DNA from: Steroidobacteraceae bacterium
Lineage (GTDB): Bacteria; Pseudomonadota; Gammaproteobacteria; Steroidobacterales; Steroidobacteraceae
Assembly: GCA_017853175.1 (NCBI GenBank)
Contig: JAFMKA010000002.1
Span: forward strand, 41,651 to 105,650
DNA: 64,000 nucleotides
Reading direction: 5' to 3'
The notes under the pieces were generated by a model. That model was given only the letters and a program-made list of their open reading frames with translations. It ran no database searches and was not told the DNA's origin. Both the position numbers and the translations under genes were made by a program. This document shows, in pieces, positions 10,021-19,637 of the stretch. Numbering within the stretch: position 1 is the stretch's first letter; each line of letters starts with the position of its first letter.

Positions 10021-11039
10021 GAGAGATACTCCGAGACGATTTCGGTGGATTTCTGCCAAAGCTTTTGTGCCAGGACAACATCATCCATGTGTTTGCCCGA
10101 CATGGGCACCACGGGATTGCAGTCTTCAAAATAGTGCCCGCTGACGCCCGAGAGCGCATCCGCAGTAGCCACATAGCACGTGGTCGCGGCGCCCTCAGGA
10201 ATGGTTTTCATGAAGGTCCAACCGATTAGCCGACCCATCGTGCGCTTCCATGGGTCGAAGTGTCGACCGAGGTTCGTCAGGATGATGCCCGGATGCACCG
10301 AGTTAGAGGTGGCGGCCGAGCCCGCCTCACGCAAGCGCCGCGAGAGCTCGAGCGAAAAGAGACCGTTAGCCAGCTTCGATTGCCCGTACATTTTGTTAGG
10401 AACGTAGTCGCGCGCACCATCAAGATTATCGAACTCGATGCCCCCTGCAGGCGCCCATTGATAACCGAGACTCGACACGACGACCACTCGTCCCTGAGGC
10501 GCAGCCTGAACTTGCGGTAACAACCGATTGGTCAAAATAAAGTGGCCGAGATGATTGACCACGAATTGCTTTTCTAGCCCATAGACCTGCTCGAGTGTCG
10601 GTAACGCCATGATGCCGGCGTTGCAGATGAGCATGTCGATCGGCATGCCGAGCGTCTTGATGAGATCGGTGGCGCTCACGATGGTGTCCCAGCGCTCGAG
10701 CTCGAGTGCGATGGGGGTCGTTCGCCCTTCTACACTCTCGCACGCGGCCTTTGCTTTCTCGAGTGTACGACCCGTACCAATAACGTGAGCACCTCGTAGC
10801 GCGAGCACTCGCATCGTCTCGAGGCCTAACCCCGACGTCGCGCCCGTGATGAGCACGGTCTTGCCTCGAAGATCGATGCCTGCCGTGACCTCCTCGGCGG
10901 TGCTCTCGTCGCCGAAGGGGCTGACCGGAACGCCCGGCGGCCGGCGAGCGTCATCACCACCACGTGAACAGGACGACAAGAGGGGAAGTGTCGTTGCGGC
11001 TCCGACCCCCGCGATGAACTTGCGGCGCTCCATATCCAT
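10017..11039 (-). CDS. short-chain dehydrogenase/reductase with Tat-type lipoprotein signal
   Basis: TGATSGLG dinucleotide motif and YGQSK catalytic YxxxK. The N-terminus ERRKFIAGVGAATTLPLLSSC looks like a twin-arginine signal plus a lipobox. Confidence 0.8.
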   Translation of the reverse strand: MDMERRKFIAGVGAATTLPLLSSCSRGGDDARRPPGVPVSPFGDESTAEEVTAGIDLRGKTVLITGATSGLGLETMRVLALRGAHVIGTGRTLEKAKAACESVEGRTTPIALELERWDTIVSATDLIKTLGMPIDMLICNAGIMALPTLEQVYGLEKQFVVNHLGHFILTNRLLPQVQAAPQGRVVVVSSLGYQWAPAGGIEFDNLDGARDYVPNKMYGQSKLANGLFSLELSRRLREAGSAATSNSVHPGIILTNLGRHFDPWKRTMGRLIGWTFMKTIPEGAATTCYVATADALSGVSGHYFEDCNPVVPMSGKHMDDVVLAQKLWQKSTEIVSEYLS

Positions 11040-11108
11040 GAGTTCGAGGCTAGCAGAACCTCGGGCGAGCGGCTAACTTGCCGATCAAGAACGGGGGGAT
11101 TAACGAAC

Positions 11109-11960
11109 ATGAACACCACTACACAAACGGCGAGCACCAAACTCGATGTCAAAACCATCACCGAGTTTCTCGCTGAGCAACCGAACGTCGATGTGAGCCG
11201 GGCCTGGGAACGATGCTGGGGCATTCATTCGGGCATCGTCGATCGCGTGAAGCAAAGATTTACGGTGAGTAAACACCCGGCGACCGCCGGTCACGAGTAC
11301 TTCACCTCGCTCGATAAGTCGATGGAGGGGTCGTTCAACGCTTGGACGGGTCCGCGCGTCGAATGGCTGGTGCATTCCTGGCTCGGCAATCGCAAGGCGA
11401 GCCTTCTCGATATGAACGCTACGGTGTTTTTGTCGCAGCAGAATCGCGTGCCGCACCTCGTCATCATTTTCGGCACCGTACCGAAACTTTTCTTTTATGC
11501 CGACTACACGCCGCGGGTCGATTTGCGTATGAATCTCGATTACGTCAATCACTACTACGAACCGGCCAATGCCAGCGCGATCCGTTTCAGAGGGCTCCCA
11601 GAGTTCACCTGGAACTGGAGTCACGGCACCTATCTCCGTGGGCTGATGTCGCCGGTCTGCACGAGTGTGATGGGCGAACTCAACGAAAAAAACATCGCCA
11701 CCTGCGAGTCTTATCTCGAAGAATTCGTCGGTCGTTGGTTTCAATGGCTCGATGAAGCCGATCGCCAACCGCTTTCGCGTGATGAACGACTCGAACAACA
11801 ACGCTACGATCACTATGTCCGGGAAGTGGGCTATCGCACCGACCCCATGAATGTGCTGGCTCAACGAGCCTTCGGGCCCGAAGAATTCAATCGTCGACTC
11901 GAACTCAGAATGGGCACCCAGCAAATGGCCGAGGCTCGCGGAAAGATCGCCGAGGATTGA
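11109..11960 (+). CDS. red chlorophyll catabolite reductase-like protein (bilin reductase fold)
   Basis: The plus frame has GC-rich third positions, so the 274-aa minus-strand ORF is a shadow. VPHLVIIFGTVPKLFFYADYTPRVDLRMNLDYVNHYY parallels the plant RCCR segment APNFVVELIQ...LILDLPHRKDLVLNPDYLKEYY. The C-terminal AQRAFGPEEF parallels FPRMFGEEV. These comparisons are from memory. Confidence 0.55.
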   Translation: MNTTTQTASTKLDVKTITEFLAEQPNVDVSRAWERCWGIHSGIVDRVKQRFTVSKHPATAGHEYFTSLDKSMEGSFNAWTGPRVEWLVHSWLGNRKASLLDMNATVFLSQQNRVPHLVIIFGTVPKLFFYADYTPRVDLRMNLDYVNHYYEPANASAIRFRGLPEFTWNWSHGTYLRGLMSPVCTSVMGELNEKNIATCESYLEEFVGRWFQWLDEADRQPLSRDERLEQQRYDHYVREVGYRTDPMNVLAQRAFGPEEFNRRLELRMGTQQMAEARGKIAED

Positions 11961-12514
11961 TGGCGCAGCAGCCTCCCCTTGTCACACGCGTGGCCCGTAC
12001 GGGCGATGCTCGTGCGCTCGTCGCATTAGTGAACTCAGCCTATCGCGGCGACAGTAGTCGCGCCGGCTGGACGACGGAAGCCGATCTACTCGGCGGCCAG
12101 CGCACCGACGAAGACGCCTTGATCGAATTCATCGGTCGTGGTGAAACGATGGGCGATCGGGCCATGCTCGTGCACGAACGCGACGGGCATCTCGTCGCCT
12201 GCGTACAGCTCGAGCGACGCGGCCAAGGGGCTTACCTCGGTATGCTGACCATCATGCCGACGCTTCAATCGGGTGGACTCGGCAAAGCGCTGTTAGCCTC
12301 CGCCGAAGAGTTCGTCGTCGATTCGTGGAAGGCCTCGAAAATCATCATGACCGTCATCGAGCAACGCTCTGAACTCATTGCCTGGTATGAGCGACGGGGT
12401 TACTCACGAACCGGCGAGACCGCCGCCTTTCCTTATGGCGATGTTCGATTTGGCGAACCCAAACGCCCCGACCTGCGCTTCGTCGTGCTCTCCAAGCAAC
12501 TGGCTACGCCGTGA
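11960..12514 (+). CDS. GNAT family N-acetyltransferase
   Basis: ATG 11960 overlaps the upstream TGA by 1 nt. The acetyl-CoA motif LQSGGLGKALL is present. 184 aa. Confidence 0.8.
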   Translation: MAQQPPLVTRVARTGDARALVALVNSAYRGDSSRAGWTTEADLLGGQRTDEDALIEFIGRGETMGDRAMLVHERDGHLVACVQLERRGQGAYLGMLTIMPTLQSGGLGKALLASAEEFVVDSWKASKIIMTVIEQRSELIAWYERRGYSRTGETAAFPYGDVRFGEPKRPDLRFVVLSKQLATP

Positions 12515-13569
12515 ATAGCGCGGCGGCTCCGCTCGTCATCGCCCATCGCGGAGCGTCGGGCTACCGCCCCGAGCACACGCTCGAGTCGTATCGACTCGCC
12601 ATCGAAATGGGTGCGGACTTCATCGAACCCGATCTCGTCGCGACCCGTGATGGATACCTCGTGGCACGTCACGAGCCCGAGATCGGAACGACCACAGACG
12701 TCGCGAGTCGCGCAGAGTTCGCTGACAGACAACGAACGCTCATCGTCGACGGCGTGACGGTGACGGGCTGGTTCACCGTAGATTTCACGCTCACCGAGTT
12801 GCGTACGCTCCGCGCAATCCAACCACGAGCAGATCGATCCAAAGAATTCGACGGGCAATTTTTGATCCCGACGCTCGAAGAGATCATCGATCTCGCCCGA
12901 AGCGAGTCGGAGGCCTGCGGACGGGCCATCGGAATCTACCCGGAGACCAAGCATCCCACCTGGCATTGCGAACGGGGTCTCCCGCTCGAGCCTCGTTTAC
13001 TCGAGACGCTGGCGGCGGTGGGCTGGACGACTCGTGACTCGCCCGTGTTCATTCAGTCGTTCGAGTCGGGAAATCTGCGGTGGCTGCGATCGCGGACCGA
13101 CGTTCGACTCATTCAGTTGCTGGACGGCGGCGAGCTTCGCGACGACGGCAGCGTCGCCCCTCGACCGCGTTGGACCTCCGCAGGCCAGTGCAACCTCTAC
13201 ACTCAAGGTGAGGTGCCCCAAGACTTCACCCGATCCGAGACCTTTGCCCTATTTCGCGAGTACGTCGATGGTTTGGGCCCCTGGAAACGCCATTTGATCG
13301 GCACGCGCCGCACGGACACCGCCGACAACACCGAACGTAGTCGACGAGCCGTTGAGCCGACTGAGTTCGTTCGGTTGGCTCACGCCGCAGGATTACAGGT
13401 TCATCCGTGGACGTTTAGGAACGAAGCCATACACCTCGCAGCCGATTACGACGGCGACCCCATCGCCGAATATCAGGCGTTCGCCGCGCTCGGTGTCGAC
13501 GCGGTATTCACGGATTTTCCCGATACGGCGATCGCCGCGTTCAACCGAGACCGCGCAACTGGTCGATGA
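12511..13569 (+). CDS. glycerophosphodiester phosphodiesterase
   Basis: GTG overlaps the upstream stop. [19 protein letters not shown]...[15 protein letters not shown] is the GDPD catalytic signature. Confidence 0.85.
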   Translation: MNSAAAPLVIAHRGASGYRPEHTLESYRLAIEMGADFIEPDLVATRDGYLVARHEPEIGTTTDVASRAEFADRQRTLIVDGVTVTGWFTVDFTLTELRTLRAIQPRADRSKEFDGQFLIPTLEEIIDLARSESEACGRAIGIYPETKHPTWHCERGLPLEPRLLETLAAVGWTTRDSPVFIQSFESGNLRWLRSRTDVRLIQLLDGGELRDDGSVAPRPRWTSAGQCNLYTQGEVPQDFTRSETFALFREYVDGLGPWKRHLIGTRRTDTADNTERSRRAVEPTEFVRLAHAAGLQVHPWTFRNEAIHLAADYDGDPIAEYQAFAALGVDAVFTDFPDTAIAAFNRDRATGR

Positions 13570-15502
13570 TGGCCGGATTTTCGAGGGTGCTGACGTCCTG
13601 AGTGATCGGCTCTCCGCGAGCGATGGCGCGCAACAGGCGACGCATGATCTTTCCCGATCGGGTTTTCGGAAGATTCTCGGCGAAGCGGATGTCATCCGGT
13701 TTGGCGATGGCCCCGAGTTGCTCGGTGACCCAATCTCGGAGCTCTTTCTCGAAAGCGCGCGTATCGCCGGTAGGCCGCGCACCGCGGCATACGACGAATG
13801 CAAACACCGATTCGCCCTTGATCTCGTGTTGCTTTCCGACCACGGCAGCTTCGGCGATGCGAGGATGAGCCACTAGCGCCGACTCGATTTCCATGGTGCC
13901 AAGCCGGTGGCCTGCAACGTTCAGGACGTCGTCGATACGACCCATGATCCAAAAATATCCGTCGGCATCGCGATGGGCGCTATCGCCTGCGACATAAAAC
14001 TTGTTCTGAAATTTTTCCCAGTAAGTTTTCAGGTAGCGCTCGTTGTCACCCCAGATCGTGCGCAGCATCGATGGCCAGGGTTTTCGAATCACGAGATATC
14101 CGCCCGCATCCGGCGTCGTCACGCTTCGCCCTTCGTCATCGACGATATCGGCGAATATGCCGGGGAGTGGCTGCGTGCAGGAACCCGGTTTGGTTGGAGT
14201 GACACCCGGAATCGGCGAAATCATGATCGCGCCGGTCTCGGTCTGCCACCACGTATCGACGATCGGACAGCGCCCCTGTCCGATGACGCGGTGGTACCAC
14301 ATCCAGGCCTCGGGGTTGATCGGCTCCCCTACGCTGCCGAGCAATCTGATCTTTGACAGATCGTATTTCGCAGGAATCTCTTCACCGAGTTTCATGAGCG
14401 CACGAATCGCCGTCGGCGCCGTGTAAAACACCGTCACGCCGTGACGTTCGCAGAGGCTCCAGAATCGTCCCCCGTCGGGATAGGTCGGCGCACCTTCGTA
14501 CATCACGATCGTCGCCGCTGCAGCGAGCGGCCCGTAGGTGACATAGCTGTGGCCTGTGATCCAACCCACATCGGCCGTACACCAGAAGACATCGTCGACT
14601 CGCAGGTCGAAGACCCATCGGCTCGTCATCTTGGCGCCGAGCAAATAGCCCGCGCTCGAATGTTGGATGCCTTTCGGCCTACCAGTAGAACCCGAGGTAT
14701 AGAGCAAAAAGAGCGGATGCTCGGCATCGACCCACTCAGGCTCGCATTGGTCGGATAGACCCACGATCGCCTCGTGCCACCAGATATCTCGGCCGGCCTG
14801 CATCGGCACGGGCTCGCCCGTGCGTTGCAACACGAACACCGACTCGACCGTCGGGCACCCTTCGGCCAGCGCTTTGTCGGTGGCCGCCTTGAGCTCGACG
14901 ATATTGCCACCGCGTCGCCCGCCGTCCGCCGTGATGACACAACGCGCACCAGCGCCTTCGATTCGGTCTTTCAAAGAAACGGCCGAAAAGCCACCGAACA
15001 CGACCGAGTGGATCGCACCGATGCGAGCACAGGCCTGCATCGCGATCACTGCCTCAGGGACGAGAGGCATGTAAATCACCACTCGATCACCTCGACGAAT
15101 GCCCCTCGCCTTGAGCGCATTGGCGAATAGGCAAACCTCGGCATGCAATTGCCGATAGGTTAGACGACGAGTGTCGCCCGGCTCGCCTTCAAAAATAATC
15201 GCTGTTCGATTCGCATGCTCGGCGAGATGTACATCGAGACAGTTGTACGACACGTTGAGCTCGCCATCGGCGAACCACCGATAATTGGGTGCTGCAGAGT
15301 CATCGAGCGTCTGCGTGAACGGCTTGTGCCAAGTGATCTCCGATCTTGCGAGATCGGACCAATAGCCGACCGGGTCGGACTCGGCTCGCCGATGCAGGGC
15401 GGCGAGGCTTTCATCTCCGATGCGCGCCTCACGCGCAAATTGTGGATTCGCGGGGAAGACTCTCGCCTCATGCAGAACCGACTCGATGTTGCTCTGGCTC
15501 AT
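13541..15502 (-). CDS. acs: acetyl-CoA synthetase
   Basis: Trimmed to ATG 15502 ([16 protein letters not shown]). Carries the AMP-binding motif [11 protein letters not shown] and the C-terminal [11 protein letters not shown]. About 650 aa, typical of Acs. Confidence 0.95.
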   Translation of the reverse strand: MSQSNIESVLHEARVFPANPQFAREARIGDESLAALHRRAESDPVGYWSDLARSEITWHKPFTQTLDDSAAPNYRWFADGELNVSYNCLDVHLAEHANRTAIIFEGEPGDTRRLTYRQLHAEVCLFANALKARGIRRGDRVVIYMPLVPEAVIAMQACARIGAIHSVVFGGFSAVSLKDRIEGAGARCVITADGGRRGGNIVELKAATDKALAEGCPTVESVFVLQRTGEPVPMQAGRDIWWHEAIVGLSDQCEPEWVDAEHPLFLLYTSGSTGRPKGIQHSSAGYLLGAKMTSRWVFDLRVDDVFWCTADVGWITGHSYVTYGPLAAAATIVMYEGAPTYPDGGRFWSLCERHGVTVFYTAPTAIRALMKLGEEIPAKYDLSKIRLLGSVGEPINPEAWMWYHRVIGQGRCPIVDTWWQTETGAIMISPIPGVTPTKPGSCTQPLPGIFADIVDDEGRSVTTPDAGGYLVIRKPWPSMLRTIWGDNERYLKTYWEKFQNKFYVAGDSAHRDADGYFWIMGRIDDVLNVAGHRLGTMEIESALVAHPRIAEAAVVGKQHEIKGESVFAFVVCRGARPTGDTRAFEKELRDWVTEQLGAIAKPDDIRFAENLPKTRSGKIMRRLLRAIARGEPITQDVSTLENPAIIDQLRGLG

Positions 15503-15519
15503 CGATGCACCTTGGACCC

Positions 15520-16419
15520 TCAGTAGCGGACAGAATACTCCGCACTCAAACCTTTGAACCGCTTGTGCAGCCAAAGATATTGTGCGGGCAAGCGTCGAAC
15601 TTCAGCCTCGATCAATTCGTGGTGTCGCAGCGTATCGGACACGCTATCGGCCCCGGGAAAATTTTCGAGCGCCGGCCCGATGCGTACGACGTAGCCCTCC
15701 TCGCCCGGCAAACGCTCGACGAAATAAGGCAGCACGGCAGCCCCCGTGAGTCGCGCGAGGCGCGATGTAGCGGTGTTCGTCGCGACGGGGATGCCGAAAA
15801 ACGGCACCATCTCAGCGCCTTTTCCGCGAAACGCCTGATCGGGTGCGTACCACACCGCTCCGCCCGCCTTCAGCGCGCGCACCATGGCCCGAATGTCATC
15901 GCTCGCGATCATGCTGGCGGCGACCGCGCCTCGATACTTTCGGAAAAACTCGCTGAGTAGAGGGTCGCTCGACGGTTTGTACACCGCGTGGACGTCGCGT
16001 GCAGCGGTGATGAAGCGCGCACCGATCTCAAGCGTCGTGAAGTGTGCGGCAAGGAGGATCACACCTCGACCCGATGCGATCAGACGATCGAATTCGTCGA
16101 GCCCTTCGAACCGAGCGAGCGAGAGTAATTTTTCGCGCGGCAAAAACCACGCGAACGCGGTCTCGGGCAACGAGATTCCGGCCTCGCAGAAATGCTGCTC
16201 TAACAGACGCTGGCGCTCCGCCTCGGACATCTCGGGGAAACACAACTCGATATTCCGCCGCACGACTTTTTTCTGAGGCAAAGGCAATCGCCTCGCAAAA
16301 TCGCCCAGTCGTCTGCCAAAACGCAGCGAAGCAGAGTAGTCGCGACGCGCGAGCGACTTGAGCATCCACAACGCAGCCCACATGGGCCAACGCTGAGGTA
16401 AGTAAAATCGCCAATTCAT
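15520..16419 (-). CDS. lipid A biosynthesis late acyltransferase (LpxL/HtrB family)
   Basis: Trimmed to ATG 16419 ([11 protein letters not shown]). [12 protein letters not shown] carries the HX4D/E acyltransferase motif. The size and N-terminal anchor fit LpxL/LpxM. Confidence 0.75.
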   Translation of the reverse strand: MNWRFYLPQRWPMWAALWMLKSLARRDYSASLRFGRRLGDFARRLPLPQKKVVRRNIELCFPEMSEAERQRLLEQHFCEAGISLPETAFAWFLPREKLLSLARFEGLDEFDRLIASGRGVILLAAHFTTLEIGARFITAARDVHAVYKPSSDPLLSEFFRKYRGAVAASMIASDDIRAMVRALKAGGAVWYAPDQAFRGKGAEMVPFFGIPVATNTATSRLARLTGAAVLPYFVERLPGEEGYVVRIGPALENFPGADSVSDTLRHHELIEAEVRRLPAQYLWLHKRFKGLSAEYSVRY

Positions 16420-16426
16420 GTGATCG

Positions 16427-17326
16427 TCACTCGATCGCCGCGCCAGCCAACGCGGCGAGGCGCTCGCCCTGCTTGCGCAAAGTCGGTCCAAAGTTCTGCC
16501 GATCGAAGAACCCATTCAAAGAATCGAGATCGGGTGCTCGCGGACGCAGGGCGTTTCGATCGACCTCGATGGGCATGTCCCGAACGATCTCAGTGAGGCG
16601 ACGAGCCAGAAAAGCGTCGTCGCGATGACGCTCGAGTTTCTCGGGCAATTTGGCTGCCCCTCGAATGGGCAGTTGGGCAACCGCATCGAGATTGTCATAG
16701 AGCTCTTCGAGCGAAACGAAATCTCGAAGCAGTGCGGCTGCGGTCTTCGGCCCGACTCCCGGTACACCGCGAATGTTGTCGACGGCGTCGCCCGTTAACG
16801 CAAGGTAATCGGCATAGCGTTCCGGTGCGACACCGAAATGCGCCTCGATCTGATCGTAGGTGAGCCGCTGATTCTCGGTGTAGTTCCAATAGATATCGCC
16901 TTCGCGGATGAGCTGAGCGAGATCTTTGTCGCGGGTCACCACCGTAGCAGGCATACCTTCGGCGCGAAAACGCGCATGTAAGGTGCCAATGATGTCGTCA
17001 GCCTCGTACTCGCCGCTGCCGAAATTCGCGACGCCCAGGTGCCGACAAAACTCTCTGCACCGCTCGAACTGTAACTTGAGGTCGGGTGGAGCCGGCTCAC
17101 GGTTCGCTTTGTACGAGGGGTCGATGCGGTTCCGAAACGAGGTCGCGAGACTCTCATCGAAAGCCACCGCGAGGTAACGAGGTTTGGCACGCTCGACCAG
17201 ATCGCCGAGGAATCGGGCGAATCCGAAGAGCGCATGTACCGGGTTACCCTCATGGTCCACCATATCGGGGGGCAGCGAGTAATACGCGCGAAAAACGTAA
17301 ACCGAGGCGTCGACGAGATAAACCAC
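16427..17326 (-). CDS. 5'-3' exonuclease / flap endonuclease (Pol I N-terminal paralogue, Xni-like)
   Basis: VYLVDASVYVFRAYY, EADDIIGTL, TRDKDLAQL and the H3TH segment LTGDAVDNIRGVPGVGPKTAAALL are present. A full polA with its own 5' nuclease domain lies at 54310. Confidence 0.85.
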   Translation of the reverse strand: MVYLVDASVYVFRAYYSLPPDMVDHEGNPVHALFGFARFLGDLVERAKPRYLAVAFDESLATSFRNRIDPSYKANREPAPPDLKLQFERCREFCRHLGVANFGSGEYEADDIIGTLHARFRAEGMPATVVTRDKDLAQLIREGDIYWNYTENQRLTYDQIEAHFGVAPERYADYLALTGDAVDNIRGVPGVGPKTAAALLRDFVSLEELYDNLDAVAQLPIRGAAKLPEKLERHRDDAFLARRLTEIVRDMPIEVDRNALRPRAPDLDSLNGFFDRQNFGPTLRKQGERLAALAGAAIE

Positions 17327-17373
17327 GTCTCATTGTACCGACCGCGGCGCCACGATGACGCCCGCAAGAGCGG

Positions 17374-18027
17374 TCAAGTCATTAGATGCTTGATGCGCCC
17401 GTGCAACGGACTGCTGCGCGGGAAATGCGCAAGCAGATATTCCATCTGATCGAACAACACGCGGCGACCCTTCAAAAAAATGTATTCCGCATAAGTCGGC
17501 GAGAACGGTACCGCGAGCAACTGCATCTTGGCCTGCTCGGGCGTCCGCCAGGCTTTGAAGTTATTGCAGCGACGGCAGGCCGTCACGACGTTGGTCCAGA
17601 CGTCGCGGCCGCCCTGGCTGAAGGGGCGCACGTGATCACGTGACAGATCGCGGGTCGAGAATCTCTCCCCACAATATAGGCACAGGAAGGCATCCCTCCT
17701 GAACAAGGTCTGGTTATTGAGCGGCGGTACGTAATCGTTACGCAGATGCCCCGGATTGCCGCTCTGACCCACCGTTGCGATGATGGAGTTGACCTCGAGC
17801 ACGGTTCGACGACCGGTCAGGGCATTGGTACCGCCGAACAATCGGAAAAGCGGCGTGCCACAGGTGTAGGCGATCTGATCTTGGTGGTAGAGCCGCGCGG
17901 CTTCGCGGTAGTCGATCCATTCGAGGGGCATGCCGGCCACATCGGTTCGCAGCACATGCTGGTGCAACGACACCCCTTCGGCAGGACGCGCGACGATACC
18001 GAACTCTTCGTGATCCAGACTCGACAT
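17374..18027 (-). CDS. HNH endonuclease with uncharacterised N-terminal domain
   Basis: CLYCGERF...DHVRPFSQGGRDVWTNVVTACRRCNNFK is a beta-beta-alpha-metal HNH motif with a CxxC...CxxC zinc site. The first about 125 aa are unassigned. Confidence 0.75.
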   Translation of the reverse strand: MSSLDHEEFGIVARPAEGVSLHQHVLRTDVAGMPLEWIDYREAARLYHQDQIAYTCGTPLFRLFGGTNALTGRRTVLEVNSIIATVGQSGNPGHLRNDYVPPLNNQTLFRRDAFLCLYCGERFSTRDLSRDHVRPFSQGGRDVWTNVVTACRRCNNFKAWRTPEQAKMQLLAVPFSPTYAEYIFLKGRRVLFDQMEYLLAHFPRSSPLHGRIKHLMT

Positions 18028-18077
18028 CTCGGAACTAATTTACGGTAGTTTTGTTACAACATTCAACGGGTCTCACC

Positions 18078-19070
18078 ATGCGTCTGACACATCTGCTCAC
18101 CCCCTGCTTGGTCGCGGCCCTACTCTGGCCTGCGCGCCTCGTGGCGCAATCGGAAACCCCGGGTCAGGCCCCGCTCGTCGAGGAGCCGATCGAAGAGGTC
18201 ACGATCATCGGCGAAGCGGCAGGTCCCGGGCTCTGGAAGATACGTAATGGCGATAACACTCTTTACCTGCTCGGCACCCTGAGTCCGCTACCGAAGAAGA
18301 TGCAATGGCGCTCCCGCGAAGTTGAAAACGTCTTGTCGCGGGCCAAGCAGGTCATTCCGGCACGCAGTGACGTCGATGCAGATATCGGACCGATCAAGGC
18401 CATCCAGCTCTACATGCAATACCGAAAGCTGCGCGGCAACGAGGAGAAGCAGTCGCTCGAGGCGGTCCTGCCTCCCGATGTCTTCGGGCGTTTCGAAACG
18501 TTGAGGCAGAAATACGCCCCGCGCGAGCGCGATATGTTGAAGCGCCGTCCGCTGATCGCGGCGGGCGAGCTGTGGCGTGAAGCGCTCTCTCGCAGCGGGC
18601 TGACCGGCCGTAACGACGTGAGTCGGCAAGTCGAAAAACTCGCCAAGTCGCGCAAAGTGCCGATCGTCGTGCCCACCATCGTCATTGATGACCCCCAGGG
18701 GACGCTGGCCGAGGTCGGGAAGATCTCTCGCGAGGCAGAACTCGCCTGCATCCGTTCGACACTCTCGCGGATGGAGAGCGATCTCGATGCCGCGCGCCGC
18801 AAGGCCGAAGCCTGGGCGGTCGGCGACATCGATCTCCTCCGCTCTCCGAATGCCTCGGAGCAGCGTGAGGCCTGCTGGTCGGCTCTACAGCAAAGCCCGA
18901 AGATCGCCGGCATCCGCCAACAATTCGAGGATGGCTGGTTTCGTCTCGCCGTTGAAGCGGTCGAGAAACACGACGTGGCGCTCGCGGTCGTGCCCATCGA
19001 CGAGCTTTTCGGTCGTCAAGGCGTGATTGCGCGGATGAAGGCGCGCGGGTATTCCGTCGACGAGCCCTGA
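18078..19070 (+). CDS. TraB/GumN family protein
   Basis: Trimmed to ATG 18078 (signal peptide MRLTHLLTPCLVAALLWPARLVAQ). GPGLWKIRNGDNTLYLLGTLSPLP is the typical TraB/GumN opening. Confidence 0.7.
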   Translation: MRLTHLLTPCLVAALLWPARLVAQSETPGQAPLVEEPIEEVTIIGEAAGPGLWKIRNGDNTLYLLGTLSPLPKKMQWRSREVENVLSRAKQVIPARSDVDADIGPIKAIQLYMQYRKLRGNEEKQSLEAVLPPDVFGRFETLRQKYAPRERDMLKRRPLIAAGELWREALSRSGLTGRNDVSRQVEKLAKSRKVPIVVPTIVIDDPQGTLAEVGKISREAELACIRSTLSRMESDLDAARRKAEAWAVGDIDLLRSPNASEQREACWSALQQSPKIAGIRQQFEDGWFRLAVEAVEKHDVALAVVPIDELFGRQGVIARMKARGYSVDEP

Positions 19071-19108
19071 CGCGGCGCCTGACGAGGTGATATCGGTCGC
19101 GGCCGCGA

Positions 19109-19432
19109 CTAAAGCTGCATCGACTCCAGGTAGGCGCGCAGTTCGGCCAAAATCTTCCGCGTCTCGGGCGAAATGCGGACGGACTTTTCGCGACGGTCGT
19201 CCCGCTTACCCACTTCGATGACGAGAAAGTTGAGACGATGCAGGCGGTGGATCAGCTTGCGACACGCCCGATCTCCCCCGAGCCCGTTCAAGCGCAGCAC
19301 CATGACTAGTTCGGAAATCGAAATGGATTCATGCTGGGCGGCGAGGACCAGAGCCGGGGTGAGATGCAGATGACGAACCAGCGGCTCGGGCTGCGATTTT
19401 TTCGCCCGATCCGAACTATTCAAAGAGTCCAC
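19109..19432 (-). CDS. small winged-helix (MarR-like) transcriptional regulator
   Basis: 107 aa. ISISELVMVLRLNGLGGDRACRKLIHRLHRLNFLVIEVGKRDDRREKSVRISPETRKIL has the layout of a MarR-type wHTH. Confidence 0.5.
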   Translation of the reverse strand: MDSLNSSDRAKKSQPEPLVRHLHLTPALVLAAQHESISISELVMVLRLNGLGGDRACRKLIHRLHRLNFLVIEVGKRDDRREKSVRISPETRKILAELRAYLESMQL

Positions 19433-19637
19433 TCTTGGAAGCTCCGACTGATTGTTGTTTTTTTAATGCAAACCCTTCCTAAATGGGTCAAATTTCAGAC
19501 TTTTGAACCTTAACCGACTGCAAGACCCTTGTACGCCCCACTAGACCAAATTTACTGGTCGTTGTTAATCGTCTTTTTTGGGTATTTTTGTACCAAGGCG
19601 ACGTGATGACGGCCGCCGTACTTTAAGATTCAGCTCA

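Noticed and set aside
11100-11924. 274-aa minus-strand ORF that almost exactly mirrors the RCCR-like gene.
   Set aside because: Third-position GC bias and recognisable motifs are on the plus frame. It is a typical antisense shadow ORF of a GC-rich gene.
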